The notes beneath the pieces were generated by a model. That model searched no databases and was not told the origin of the DNA. It saw only the letters and a list, made by a program, of their open reading frames with translations. The position numbers were made by a program, and so were the translations under genes. From positions 1 to 64,000 of the forward strand of contig CAXXFK010000019.1 in the NCBI GenBank assembly GCA_963663965.2: a DNA stretch of 64,000 nucleotides, in the 5' to 3' direction. Below are positions 12,808-22,118 of the stretch, in pieces (position 1 is the first letter of the stretch; every line of letters starts with the position of its first letter). This stretch comes from Sedimentisphaerales bacterium (GTDB lineage: Bacteria > Planctomycetota > Phycisphaerae > Sedimentisphaerales > SM23-30).

Positions 12808-13326
12808 TTATTCATCCTTATATTGCCGGCATTTCCTGATGCCGGCTTCAAAGAGTTCTTTAAATTCCTGCGGCAGCCATTCCACCTCGATTAATTGACT
12901 GAAATCCTTTTCCAATCGGTTAAAAGAATGGCTGGTGATGCGAGTGTCTTTGTAAACCAGGGCGCTGGCGATGGTCGCGAAATAAACCATCATGCTCAAC
13001 TGGTCACGCTGGTCTTCGCCATCGCCTCGACTCAGTTGTTTATAAACATCTTTGATCGATTGTAAGATAAATAAATCGGTATTCGGATCCTGTAATATCT
13101 CTATCAGGGACTGGTTGGACATTCGCGCCAGCTTTTTATGCAGTCGATCCAGCAGCATCGGCATGATATTATGCTGGTCGCTGCGTAAGGGGACTGTTTC
13201 ATAGATTGCCTTACGGACATTTTCCTTAATTTGATCTTTGCTCATGAAAAAGTCCTTTTCACTGACGCCAATGGACCAGAGTCGTGCCAATTGAGCATAA
13301 TTCAGATTGAAATAATCTTCTTTCAT
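12808..13326 (-). CDS. Hypothetical all-alpha protein between the ECF sigma and kinase genes
   Basis: 172 aa ORF with a GAAGAG-type RBS, 3 nt from the kinase start and 36 nt from the sigma stop. Confidence 0.8.
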   Translation of the reverse strand: MKEDYFNLNYAQLARLWSIGVSEKDFFMSKDQIKENVRKAIYETVPLRSDQHNIMPMLLDRLHKKLARMSNQSLIEILQDPNTDLFILQSIKDVYKQLSRGDGEDQRDQLSMMVYFATIASALVYKDTRITSHSFNRLEKDFSQLIEVEWLPQEFKELFEAGIRKCRQYKDE

Positions 13327-13362
13327 TATTTTCTCTTCAATAGGATATTCACAGCGATAAGA

Positions 13363-14124
13363 CTAATCTTGCAGATTTTTTTTCAAAATTTTCCATAATT
13401 CAAAAATTTCCTGCTCCAGATCCGCGTCGCCGGCGACCAGTTTACTTAACTCTTTAATCATCAATGACTTAAATCGCCTTTTAACGGTCACGATCATATT
13501 GGATATCTTCGCTTCTGGCTGAATATGATATTTTTCGCTCAATTCTATCAGGGCCGGTGCCTCCTTATTACTGATGATCGGCTGGACTACCCGATCGAAA
13601 AAAACCTGCCAGTATATTTCCTTGTGACTTTTTTCCATGACAGACTGTAACTCGCATAGAACTTGAGATAAAATCTGTTCTATCCATGCTTTATGAAACG
13701 AGTCATCCGCGGTTCGGTGTTTGAGGTCATCCGATATTTCATAGGTATCAAACTCCGATAGTGAACATAATCCGGCTTGGGGTTTGCGCTTTAAGGTCCG
13801 GGCGGCCCGTTCCTGATTGGAGACAAAGCGTGTCAGGGCGGTTAAGAGAAATGTGCGGAAACGGCCTTTGTTGCTGTCTGCCTGCTCGGAAAGCTTTTTT
13901 CCGATTAAAATCTCTTCAAAAAATGACTGGGCCAGATCTTTGGCATCTTCTGACTGATACCCTTTGCAGACCAGAAAATGATAAACCGGCCGCCAGTACT
14001 GGGCCAGGATTTTTTCCAGCGCCTGACGTGATGCGGTACTGTCATTGCCGGCCTGATGAACCAATGTCCAGCAGGTGGTGTTAAAATGGCTGTCTCGATC
14101 TTTATGAAGACTGGTTTTGAACAT
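13363..14124 (-). CDS. ECF-type sigma-70 factor of the planctomycete kinase-associated type
   Basis: FNTTCWTLV, ALEKILAQYWRPVYHF, EDAKDLAQSFF and KGRFRTFLL region-2 motifs. ATG at 14124 preferred over GTG at 14169. Confidence 0.88.
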   Translation of the reverse strand: MFKTSLHKDRDSHFNTTCWTLVHQAGNDSTASRQALEKILAQYWRPVYHFLVCKGYQSEDAKDLAQSFFEEILIGKKLSEQADSNKGRFRTFLLTALTRFVSNQERAARTLKRKPQAGLCSLSEFDTYEISDDLKHRTADDSFHKAWIEQILSQVLCELQSVMEKSHKEIYWQVFFDRVVQPIISNKEAPALIELSEKYHIQPEAKISNMIVTVKRRFKSLMIKELSKLVAGDADLEQEIFELWKILKKNLQD

Positions 14125-14190
14125 GGTATTATGTTGGGAACGACTGAAACGGATATTTGGCAAAATCACTCAGAATTTTAACCTGTTTAA

Positions 14191-14219
14191 ATTATAGCCA
14201 ACGAAAGATTGTTCAGCAA
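14191..14219 (-). promoter_or_regulatory. Candidate sigma70 promoter for the sigma-kinase operon
   Basis: Minus strand TTGCTG-17 nt-TATAAT. Confidence 0.45.
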
Positions 14220-14282
14220 GGAGAATACGTAACTCCTTTATAATTATGGCTATAGGACTGTTAATATTTACGGGGAAAGAAA

Positions 14283-14310
14283 TTGACTTTTCTGGATGAT
14301 CGAATATAAT
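14283..14310 (+). promoter_or_regulatory. Candidate sigma70 promoter for the FHA gene
   Basis: TTGACT-16 nt-TATAAT. Confidence 0.55.
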
Positions 14311-14516
14311 CAAATTCTATTTATCATTAAGTAAGCTTGAATTGTTCTGAAGTTCCTTCTTCCCTGTTTTCAATCCGACCGATCTCATAAAGCTGGAACT
14401 GGATAGATTGAACTGTAATGTGAACGAATTGATGGTATACTTTTTATAATGAATAAATCGCTGAAAACTCTGAGGTTAACGAGTTTGATATTTTTCATGC
14501 TGCAGGAGTTTTAATT

Positions 14517-14888
14517 ATGGCTTCCATTTTTGTTCAGGAACCGGGAAAGGAAACAAAATATTATCCTCTGGGGCGTCGGACCAATGTGATTGGCAGGGAT
14601 GAAGGTTTGTTAATTCAAATCCTGGACAATCATGTTTCACGTAAGCATTTGCAATTACTTTATAATAAAGACGAAGATTACTTCGTTGCTAACGATATGG
14701 ATAGCAAACATGGGACCTTTTTAAATGGCGCCAAACTCCGGAATGAAACACGGTTGCGGGATGGCGATAATTTAACCATCGGCCAGACTAATATTTTCTT
14801 TTCCAATGAAGATTTCCCCGATAAAGATAACGCCTTGAAATATTATAAAAAGGTCGGCGAGCGTTACCGTAACACGCTGACCGATTAA
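14517..14888 (+). CDS. Stand-alone FHA domain protein
   Basis: IGR, VSRKH and DMDSKHGTFLNG FHA motifs; AGGAG RBS. Confidence 0.93.
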   Translation: MASIFVQEPGKETKYYPLGRRTNVIGRDEGLLIQILDNHVSRKHLQLLYNKDEDYFVANDMDSKHGTFLNGAKLRNETRLRDGDNLTIGQTNIFFSNEDFPDKDNALKYYKKVGERYRNTLTD

Positions 14889-15037
14889 TTCATGCTTTAT
14901 AATGTTTATCATTGAAAATGCCTGCTGGGCCGTGATATAAGTTCTACTCGAGTCAAAACTTATCTTGCGAGTGATCGGGAATTTTCATAACCCATTGGGT
15001 ATAAATTGCGGGTTCGTTTGCTTACGTTCTGTGCGGC

Positions 15038-17614
15038 TTATCGGTTTGTATCGGTCCGGATGGATCTCAGTGTTCGCAAACCAAATTGCGGCACGGATAG
15101 ACTGGTCACATTCCCCTCATCACGTTTTTCGATAAGCGCCGGCGCAATGACCTGTCCGTTCAGTTCGATCCATTCGGCTTGCTTGAGCGGATCATGCCAC
15201 AAAATATCCTGTCGTTGCTTTACAGATGAGGTATTGAAAAACCGCACGATCAGACCATCCCGGTTCATTGTTATTGAGGTAATATGACAGTTCCCATCAG
15301 CGACCTCCAGTAACGTTCCCATCTTCGGTTTGTTGCTAAAAGCACCCCATCGTCCCAGCAGTGGTTCGTTCCACGCGCCGCTCTCCGCTTCAATCCGGGC
15401 CTGTTCCCAGTTGCCCTGGTGCGGCATCAAACGGTATCGGATATGAGTCGGTCCTTGCACCCGGTAATCTCTTCCCCACAGTCCTTTGCCCACATACTGA
15501 ACCGTCAGCCCCAGGGGCAACTCATCCGAATGCAGGAAACTGGTGGTGTGATCGGAAAACAGCGCGACACCCCGCGTTGCCGCCCGATCGGTCACCTCCA
15601 CCCAGTTCAGAATCACATTATGTTTGATCTGATCCCACCGGTCATAAAGGGTATTATCCAGCCGGCTTTCACAGACATCGAACGGTGCGTTCTTGATGAG
15701 TCTATCACCCACACCCTGTAACGGAAATTGTACATGCAATTTATAGCTGTCGTTATAGAACGCCTTGGCCCGATCCTCTTGCCGATAATTATCCTGTTGA
15801 GAATAGGCCCCGATTTTGGGCTGTCCCTGCCAGTCAATCGTCAGCTCACAATCGATACGTGGATGCTGCTGATAAAACGTAATCAGCTGCGTATAAGGAT
15901 GCCCGGCCCATCGCCCAACGACCCGCACCCGTACCAGCAGTTCACCATCTTCAACCACCGTTACCTGGGCCGGATGATCGAAGGTGTTCACAAACCGCTT
16001 TTCATCATAGCGATAACCGCACAGGCCGTTCAATCCCTTGCCATTCTGAACCAGTTGCGCATCACCCATCTGCCGATCCAGCAGGCTGGTAATCGTCCCG
16101 CCATGCCGCGAGTCATAAGTGGCCCGGTAATAGGCTGTCTCAATCTGAAGGATGCCTTCGTTCAATGTTTCAGCACTCTTCGGGCCGTCCGCCTGAGGTT
16201 TCGCTTTTAATGTAAAGCTGCTATATCCCATCGCCGGAACCTTCGCCCAGATCAGTAACTCCCGACCCTCACCCGCTTGCGACACAACCCGGTTCCCCTG
16301 CATGTCGTAAACCTGATAGTGCCGGGGATCATACCCATCCGGCAATTCCACGCTCACCATTCCCGTTCGCCCGGTTCCCAGGGTATTAAAAACCGTAATG
16401 GCTCCCGGCTCATCCACCGGCTGATCGGCTAAATGCTCAAATGCAGCCTCGATAATCTGGTCGGCGATCTGGTTCGCTGATGAGGTCCAACTGCTGACCT
16501 TATCCGCCCAGGTCTGACCCGGCCGCCCGTTATAAGGTACAATCCAGCAGTCATGGTGCTGAGCCAGCATCAACCCGCGCCAGGCCTCATCCAGTTGCGC
16601 CTGGGGATACACTGTACCACTAAACCAGTTGTCCATTGCCGCCATCTTTTCCGCCTGGATCAGCCGGTTCTCCGTCACCCGGATTTCCCGGGCCAGTTTT
16701 TGCAGAACCTGCGCGCCCCAGACCAGGCCCGGCTTGACATCTTCAATGGTAAAATGCCAGTCATCCGCTATCACCTTCGGCGCGACCATCTCAATATAAT
16801 CCGTCCAGGTCACATAACGCGATGGCTGATAATAGTGGCGAACGGCGCTCCCCAGCCACGGTCCACCCCGCCAGCCAGCATCCTGAAAACACATGCCCAC
16901 CGGGTATAAAATTCCATCATCAAAGCACTGTTGAATAAACGGCTTGGCGTTATCCCACGATTCCGTTTGCCAGGTGGAGCCTTCCTCCAGTCCTTCGCAG
17001 CCATACCGCGGCACTGCCAGCATGCCCGTGCCATCCGGCCCCAGCCACCGCACCAGATCCTTGCCGAAGCCCGTAGTATAGCCGCCCCAGCAGGTATCCG
17101 GATTTCTCAATACCGCATACTCATATCCCAGCGATTTTAATACCTGGGGCATGCAACTGGTAAAACAGGGCTCCTCACAGGAATAGGTCTTAAACGTAGC
17201 CTCCGGAAAATGTTCCCGGACCTTGGCCATCCCATAAGTAAAGTGTCGGATCAGGCTCTCACCGGAGATATTATAGGCATAGGGCTGGGCATAGGCCGGA
17301 TTGACAAATTCAATGCGGCCCAAACGGCCGGTTTCGCGGTAATAATCCTGCAAACGCTTAAAATTCTCCGCGTCCTGCTCGGCCACCCGGTCCCAGGTTT
17401 CCGGCTCGATCTCAAGATTGATCTTCCAATCAGGATGCTCCTTTAATTTCTCCACCATAAACCGGGCCTGCCACATCGGATAATGGCCATAAATTCCGCC
17501 ATGATACCCATCCGCAAAATAAGCGCCCCGTTCCTCCTCACCTGCCTCGGCCATACACCATAGTGAAAGACACAATAAAATGGAAATTCTCAATGGAATC
17601 ATTCGGGCCATCAT
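15038..17614 (-). CDS. Glycoside hydrolase family 38-like (alpha-mannosidase-like), secreted
   Basis: Signal peptide, ISGESLIRH, MLAQHHD and VFNTLG motifs of GH38 N/middle/C domains. Start is uncertain (17602-17614; track gives 17704). Confidence 0.8.
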   Translation of the reverse strand: MMARMIPLRISILLCLSLWCMAEAGEEERGAYFADGYHGGIYGHYPMWQARFMVEKLKEHPDWKINLEIEPETWDRVAEQDAENFKRLQDYYRETGRLGRIEFVNPAYAQPYAYNISGESLIRHFTYGMAKVREHFPEATFKTYSCEEPCFTSCMPQVLKSLGYEYAVLRNPDTCWGGYTTGFGKDLVRWLGPDGTGMLAVPRYGCEGLEEGSTWQTESWDNAKPFIQQCFDDGILYPVGMCFQDAGWRGGPWLGSAVRHYYQPSRYVTWTDYIEMVAPKVIADDWHFTIEDVKPGLVWGAQVLQKLAREIRVTENRLIQAEKMAAMDNWFSGTVYPQAQLDEAWRGLMLAQHHDCWIVPYNGRPGQTWADKVSSWTSSANQIADQIIEAAFEHLADQPVDEPGAITVFNTLGTGRTGMVSVELPDGYDPRHYQVYDMQGNRVVSQAGEGRELLIWAKVPAMGYSSFTLKAKPQADGPKSAETLNEGILQIETAYYRATYDSRHGGTITSLLDRQMGDAQLVQNGKGLNGLCGYRYDEKRFVNTFDHPAQVTVVEDGELLVRVRVVGRWAGHPYTQLITFYQQHPRIDCELTIDWQGQPKIGAYSQQDNYRQEDRAKAFYNDSYKLHVQFPLQGVGDRLIKNAPFDVCESRLDNTLYDRWDQIKHNVILNWVEVTDRAATRGVALFSDHTTSFLHSDELPLGLTVQYVGKGLWGRDYRVQGPTHIRYRLMPHQGNWEQARIEAESGAWNEPLLGRWGAFSNKPKMGTLLEVADGNCHITSITMNRDGLIVRFFNTSSVKQRQDILWHDPLKQAEWIELNGQVIAPALIEKRDEGNVTSLSVPQFGLRTLRSIRTDTNR

Positions 17615-17851
17615 GCGGTTCCTGGGATTAGTGTTTCGGCGGTTTATCGCTTCATTGGAAATAGGTAATGATCTTGTCTTATGATCTGACTGAATAACGA
17701 TCATAATCTAATGTCATTTCATGGCTTCTTGCGACACTTAAAAATGGTATCTTTTAAAAACAGGTGAATCTGCCTTTAAATTCAATCCGTTAACAGTTTG
17801 ATTGATCGACCGTTAAAAAATTCCCATTTGTAATGCAATTAAAAAATGGCC

Positions 17852-19270
17852 TCAGCCAACCACCAGCCGCCAGACCAGCGCGAGCCCGCCACAGATAACA
17901 ATCCCAAAGCCAATCGGCATGAACGTCGCCAGCAGCGTCCATTTCATACTCTTGGTCTCTTTCCAGATCGTGTAAATCGTCGTGGAACACGGATTATGAC
18001 ACAAACTGAACAGCATCAGGCAGACCGCCGTCAGCGTCGTCCATCCACCTGCGTGTAAGAGTGTCGCCAGCGTAGAATTTTCGCTTGTTTCGAACATCAC
18101 TCCCGCCCCTTGTTCACCAACGTCGCTGACGCCGGTCGTCATCACCGTGAGCATCAATATCGTCGGTATCACAATCTCATTCGCCGGAATCGCTACAATA
18201 TAAGCCACCAGTATCACACCATTGAGACCGATAAGCCACCCCGGTCCATTCAGTATCGTGATCATCCACTGGGCGATGGTCGTATCGCCCAGTTTAAGAT
18301 TTGAGATGATCCACAAGACCACGCCTGCCGGAGCCGCAAAGACGATCGCTCGCCACAATACTATGATCGTACGGTCAATCAAAGAGGTATACAAAGTCCG
18401 CCACACATTAGGAGGACGAAAGGGGGGGAGTTCCAGGGTAAACGTCGATGTCTGACCCTTCAATACTGTACGGGAGAGCAGCCACGAAGTCAGAAAAGTC
18501 AGAAACACACCCAGTAAAGCCACACCCAGCACCGCGCCGGCAGAAACAATCCCGGCCAGGGCCGGTGAAGCCAGCGAACCCAGAAAAACAGTCGCGATCA
18601 GTATCTGGGTCGGCCATCGCCCGTTACACAGTGCGAAGTTGTTGGTAATAATGGCGATCAGCCTTTCTCTCGGCGAATCGATCACGCGCGTCGCTACAAT
18701 ACCCGCGGCGTTACAGCCCCAGCCCATACTCATGGTCAGGGCCTGCTTGCCATGTGCGCCCGCCCGGCGAAACAGATTATCCAGATTAAAGGCCACCCGC
18801 GGCAGATACCCGAAATCCTCCAGCAGCGTAAACAGCGGAAAAAAGATCGCCATCGGCGGCAGCATCACACTGACCACCCAGGCCGTGGTTAAGTAGAGCC
18901 CATCCACCAGTACGCCCGACAGCCACCAGGGAAAGTGCGCCATCTCCGTCAGGTGTTTCAGAAACGGATGCCCCTTATCCAGCAGGAGCGTCGCCAGCCA
19001 TCCGGATGGGATGTTGGCCCCCTCGATGGTAATCCACAACACCAGCGCCAGCATCAGCACCATAATGGGCATGCCCGTCCAGCGGTTGGTCAACAGTTGG
19101 TCCAGCCGGCGCTCCCACGAGAGACGATGGGTCGTTCCCTCCTGATGAATATTGCGGGAGGCGATCCGGGCCGATTCCGCGTAAATCGTTTCCACCCAGC
19201 GGTCATGAAAATTCTGCGGCAGTTTCCAGCGCAGCTGATTGGCGCGTTCGACAATTTCCTGCGGCGTCAT
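17852..19270 (-). CDS. feoB: Ferrous iron transporter FeoB, membrane (Gate) half
   Basis: LLEDFGYLPRVAFNLD, MGWGCNA, LELPPFRPP and PCSTT motifs; multiple TM helices. Confidence 0.93.
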   Translation of the reverse strand: MTPQEIVERANQLRWKLPQNFHDRWVETIYAESARIASRNIHQEGTTHRLSWERRLDQLLTNRWTGMPIMVLMLALVLWITIEGANIPSGWLATLLLDKGHPFLKHLTEMAHFPWWLSGVLVDGLYLTTAWVVSVMLPPMAIFFPLFTLLEDFGYLPRVAFNLDNLFRRAGAHGKQALTMSMGWGCNAAGIVATRVIDSPRERLIAIITNNFALCNGRWPTQILIATVFLGSLASPALAGIVSAGAVLGVALLGVFLTFLTSWLLSRTVLKGQTSTFTLELPPFRPPNVWRTLYTSLIDRTIIVLWRAIVFAAPAGVVLWIISNLKLGDTTIAQWMITILNGPGWLIGLNGVILVAYIVAIPANEIVIPTILMLTVMTTGVSDVGEQGAGVMFETSENSTLATLLHAGGWTTLTAVCLMLFSLCHNPCSTTIYTIWKETKSMKWTLLATFMPIGFGIVICGGLALVWRLVVG

Positions 19271-20106
19271 GATGGTTTCCCTCGCTCACTGGATGATGGC
19301 TTGTTCCCTGAGGCGCCTGTCGCGGCATGATCCTCCAGCGAACCGATTTCCCCCGAAATAATCGCCTGAATGATCCTCGGATCGCTCTCCAGCAGCCGCA
19401 ACGCCACCCATTCCCGATGCGGCATATTCGGAAAAACTTTGCCCAGCGCCTCAACCAGCTCCGTCACACTCTCTTTCACATTGGGAATATCCAGCGGTAG
19501 TCGATGCGGGTGACAGCTGCTGCGCCCATGGGCCATATCCTCGATCTCCTTAAGCAACTGCTCGATCCCCACACCTTGTCGTGCCGCGGCCAATACCACC
19601 GGCACACCCAAATCACGGGCCAGTCCCCGCGCGTCAACCGTTACGCCATGCGCCTTGGCCTCGTCAATCAGGTTCACGCAGACCACCGCTTTGTTGGTGA
19701 TCTGAAGCACCTGAAGCGCCAGATTCAAATTGCGTTCCAGTCGCATCGCGTCCATCACCACCACCGTCACATCCGGCCGCCCGAACAGGATGAAATTCCG
19801 GGCCACCTCCTCATCTTCCGTTGCCGACTGGAGCGAATAGGTCCCCGGCAGATCCACCAGCTTATACTGTTTCCCGTTCAGCGAAAAGGCGCCTTCCGCC
19901 CGCGCGATGGTCTTGCCCGGCCAGTTCCCCGTATGCTGCCTCAGACCGGTCAGCGCGTTAAAAACCGTACTCTTGCCCGTGTTCGGATTGCCCGCCAGCG
20001 CCACCACAAAATCCGCGTGCGTGAGTTTCATCCCCAGCTTCTCCAGCTTGGATACCGCCGGAACCGAACAGCTCTGACACGCCTTGCAATCGGGTTGTTT
20101 CGCCAT
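19267..20106 (-). CDS. feoB: FeoB N-terminal GTPase half
   Basis: GNPNTGKS, HTGNWPGKT, DLPGTYSL, LERNL and NLID G-motifs. ATGA overlap with the membrane half. Confidence 0.93.
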   Translation of the reverse strand: MAKQPDCKACQSCSVPAVSKLEKLGMKLTHADFVVALAGNPNTGKSTVFNALTGLRQHTGNWPGKTIARAEGAFSLNGKQYKLVDLPGTYSLQSATEDEEVARNFILFGRPDVTVVVMDAMRLERNLNLALQVLQITNKAVVCVNLIDEAKAHGVTVDARGLARDLGVPVVLAAARQGVGIEQLLKEIEDMAHGRSSCHPHRLPLDIPNVKESVTELVEALGKVFPNMPHREWVALRLLESDPRIIQAIISGEIGSLEDHAATGASGNKPSSSERGKPS

Positions 20107-21012
20107 CTATTGACCCACCTTCCTGATCCGTATCCGTTCAGCCTGTTCCCGTCGCAACGCGATACAGGCCCCGCGTATCCGGTAAGCGACCGGATTGCCC
20201 GATGGATTCTTCAGTTCCGCCGTCACTGTTGTCCCCGGCACCACCCCCAGGTCCAATAGCCGGTTGCGTTCCAGCCCGCGGCACAACGGCGACAATCCCA
20301 CGATCGCCGCCTCTTCGCCAATAGGCAGACTCGACAACCGCTCGATGGAGTCATCATATGCCTCGCCCGCCGTTAACCCCACCGCGGTAATCTGCTCAGC
20401 CACCTCATTGGGAAACGTAAATTGTCGCCCCTCAGTTTGGATCGTCATCTCATTGGCGGTTTTGGCTTCGATACGCAAGATCGTATCCGGCGCGATTCCC
20501 GCCTCCGCGATCCGGGCATACAACCTGGGCGGCTCATCCTCGATATGCACCACATGGCCCGCCCAGCCGGCCGCGTAAGCCGTCAGCGGCTTGCCCCGTC
20601 TCGCCGGCATTTCACCCGTCTGGGTCGGGATCGGATCGCCATGAGGATCGAACAGCGGATGCCCCAGTTCATCCGCCAGTTTCTGCACATCGCTTTCTGT
20701 CAGTTCATGTTCCCGTGCGTCCGCCAGCGTATGCCACGCCGATTCCGGAACCCCGGTTTTCCTGGCCAGATACGTCTCGTAAAGTCGATGCGCCTGCAAC
20801 ACATGCAAGGCATATTCCCGCCCGTTACCCGTCAACGCCAGACCCTCACCCTCGATCAACTCCGCCGCTCGCAAATCACCCACCAGTTGCCCGGCCTTAA
20901 CACTCGTAATCGAGAGCTTCCCGGCCAGCATCTCCAGCGACACCTCCACCCGGTCATATTCGCACTCGGCCAGTAATTTCAGCGCGTGTTGTACAAGTAT
21001 CTGTTCGTTCAT
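20107..21012 (-). CDS. DtxR/MntR-family metal-dependent regulator with two FeoA-like domains
   Basis: AHRLYETYL, A..EH and DPHGDPIP DtxR motifs, followed by FeoA motifs RLLDLGVVPG and YRIRG..IALR. Confidence 0.92.
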   Translation of the reverse strand: MNEQILVQHALKLLAECEYDRVEVSLEMLAGKLSITSVKAGQLVGDLRAAELIEGEGLALTGNGREYALHVLQAHRLYETYLARKTGVPESAWHTLADAREHELTESDVQKLADELGHPLFDPHGDPIPTQTGEMPARRGKPLTAYAAGWAGHVVHIEDEPPRLYARIAEAGIAPDTILRIEAKTANEMTIQTEGRQFTFPNEVAEQITAVGLTAGEAYDDSIERLSSLPIGEEAAIVGLSPLCRGLERNRLLDLGVVPGTTVTAELKNPSGNPVAYRIRGACIALRREQAERIRIRKVGQ

Positions 21013-21305
21013 ATCAGTTCACAAACAAAGTATAGCAGGAACACCGATTAAAATCAGAAATAATTTATACAACAATCCAGGCGATACAATGGATTGATAA
21101 CTATTGATTGGAAATTATAATATAATTACTTGTATTTAAATGGGTTATCTAATAATTATTTGAAATCAAAGTTTCAGATTCAATCAATATCCTGATCAGG
21201 CCTCCGGCTCTTATTTGTGTTAATTCGTGGTTCTACCTGATTTTCCTCTATCGATATTAAAAATTCTACCCCTGAACCAACAAAAGGGTCAAGTACAAAC
21301 CTTTC

Positions 21306-22019
21306 TCACCCATCCACATCCCGCCCGCGAATCCCGTTTTTCGTCAGGTTAATATCCGGCAGATCGTCATTCGCCCGGTTCATCTCCCGTGCGTCAACCG
21401 GTTCCACATGCGTATCGGCAAACAGCATCACCCGCCGCCCATCCTCACACCACCAGCCCTTGTCGCTTTCGATCTTCAGATGGTTGCTGAGCCATTCCGC
21501 CACCATCGCTTTCCCGGCCGGACTCGCCACCGACGCCTGCCGCTGACGCACCGAGTCCACCGGATTACTGTACTCAAACGAAAAATGGTCCATCTGGTTG
21601 ATCTGATCTGCGCTGTGATAAAACGCCATCGAATACCCGTAACTGGTTGATTCATACAGATCGATCGCGGTCACATCCTGCGGACACGCCAGCACCGTCG
21701 TCCGGCCATTCAGATTATCCAGGTACGGCTTGATAAACCCGCGCCAGCCCCGGCCCATCCACAGCCAGATCTTCTGACCCGTACTCGCCGAGGTCTCCAC
21801 CGGATCCTGCGCGCACAGATACACATTATCGTAATCCGCCAGGTACATATCAAAGGCCAGCCCAATCTGTTTCAGATTGGAGGAACACACCGCCTGCTTG
21901 GCGCTGGTCTTCGCCCGCCCCAGCGCCGGCATCAGCAGCGCCACCAGAATCGCAATTATCGCAATTACTATCAGCAGTTCAATTAATGTAAATCCTTTAT
22001 GGGATTGAAAATACGTCAT
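21306..22019 (-). CDS. Prepilin-type N-terminal cleavage/methylation, DUF1559-like protein
   Basis: [35 protein letters not shown] and LFADTHV. Confidence 0.92.
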   Translation of the reverse strand: MTYFQSHKGFTLIELLIVIAIIAILVALLMPALGRAKTSAKQAVCSSNLKQIGLAFDMYLADYDNVYLCAQDPVETSASTGQKIWLWMGRGWRGFIKPYLDNLNGRTTVLACPQDVTAIDLYESTSYGYSMAFYHSADQINQMDHFSFEYSNPVDSVRQRQASVASPAGKAMVAEWLSNHLKIESDKGWWCEDGRRVMLFADTHVEPVDAREMNRANDDLPDINLTKNGIRGRDVDG

Positions 22020-22118
22020 AATAAGTCGTTTTCCAGCAGTAGGGGGCCAAAGTTAAAAGTCAGCATCTTACTCAATTTTACTCCCGGTTCAACTAATTTT
22101 TGATGGCCCCACATGGCA

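Noticed and set aside
19255..19285. feoB as a frameshifted pseudogene
   Set aside because: ATGA stop/start overlap, a dedicated RBS and a break at the domain boundary indicate a real two-gene arrangement.
21002..21028. Possible DtxR operator over the regulator's start codon (TGTTCGT..ACAAACA)
   Set aside because: The dyad is weak and does not match the DtxR/MntR consensus I know.
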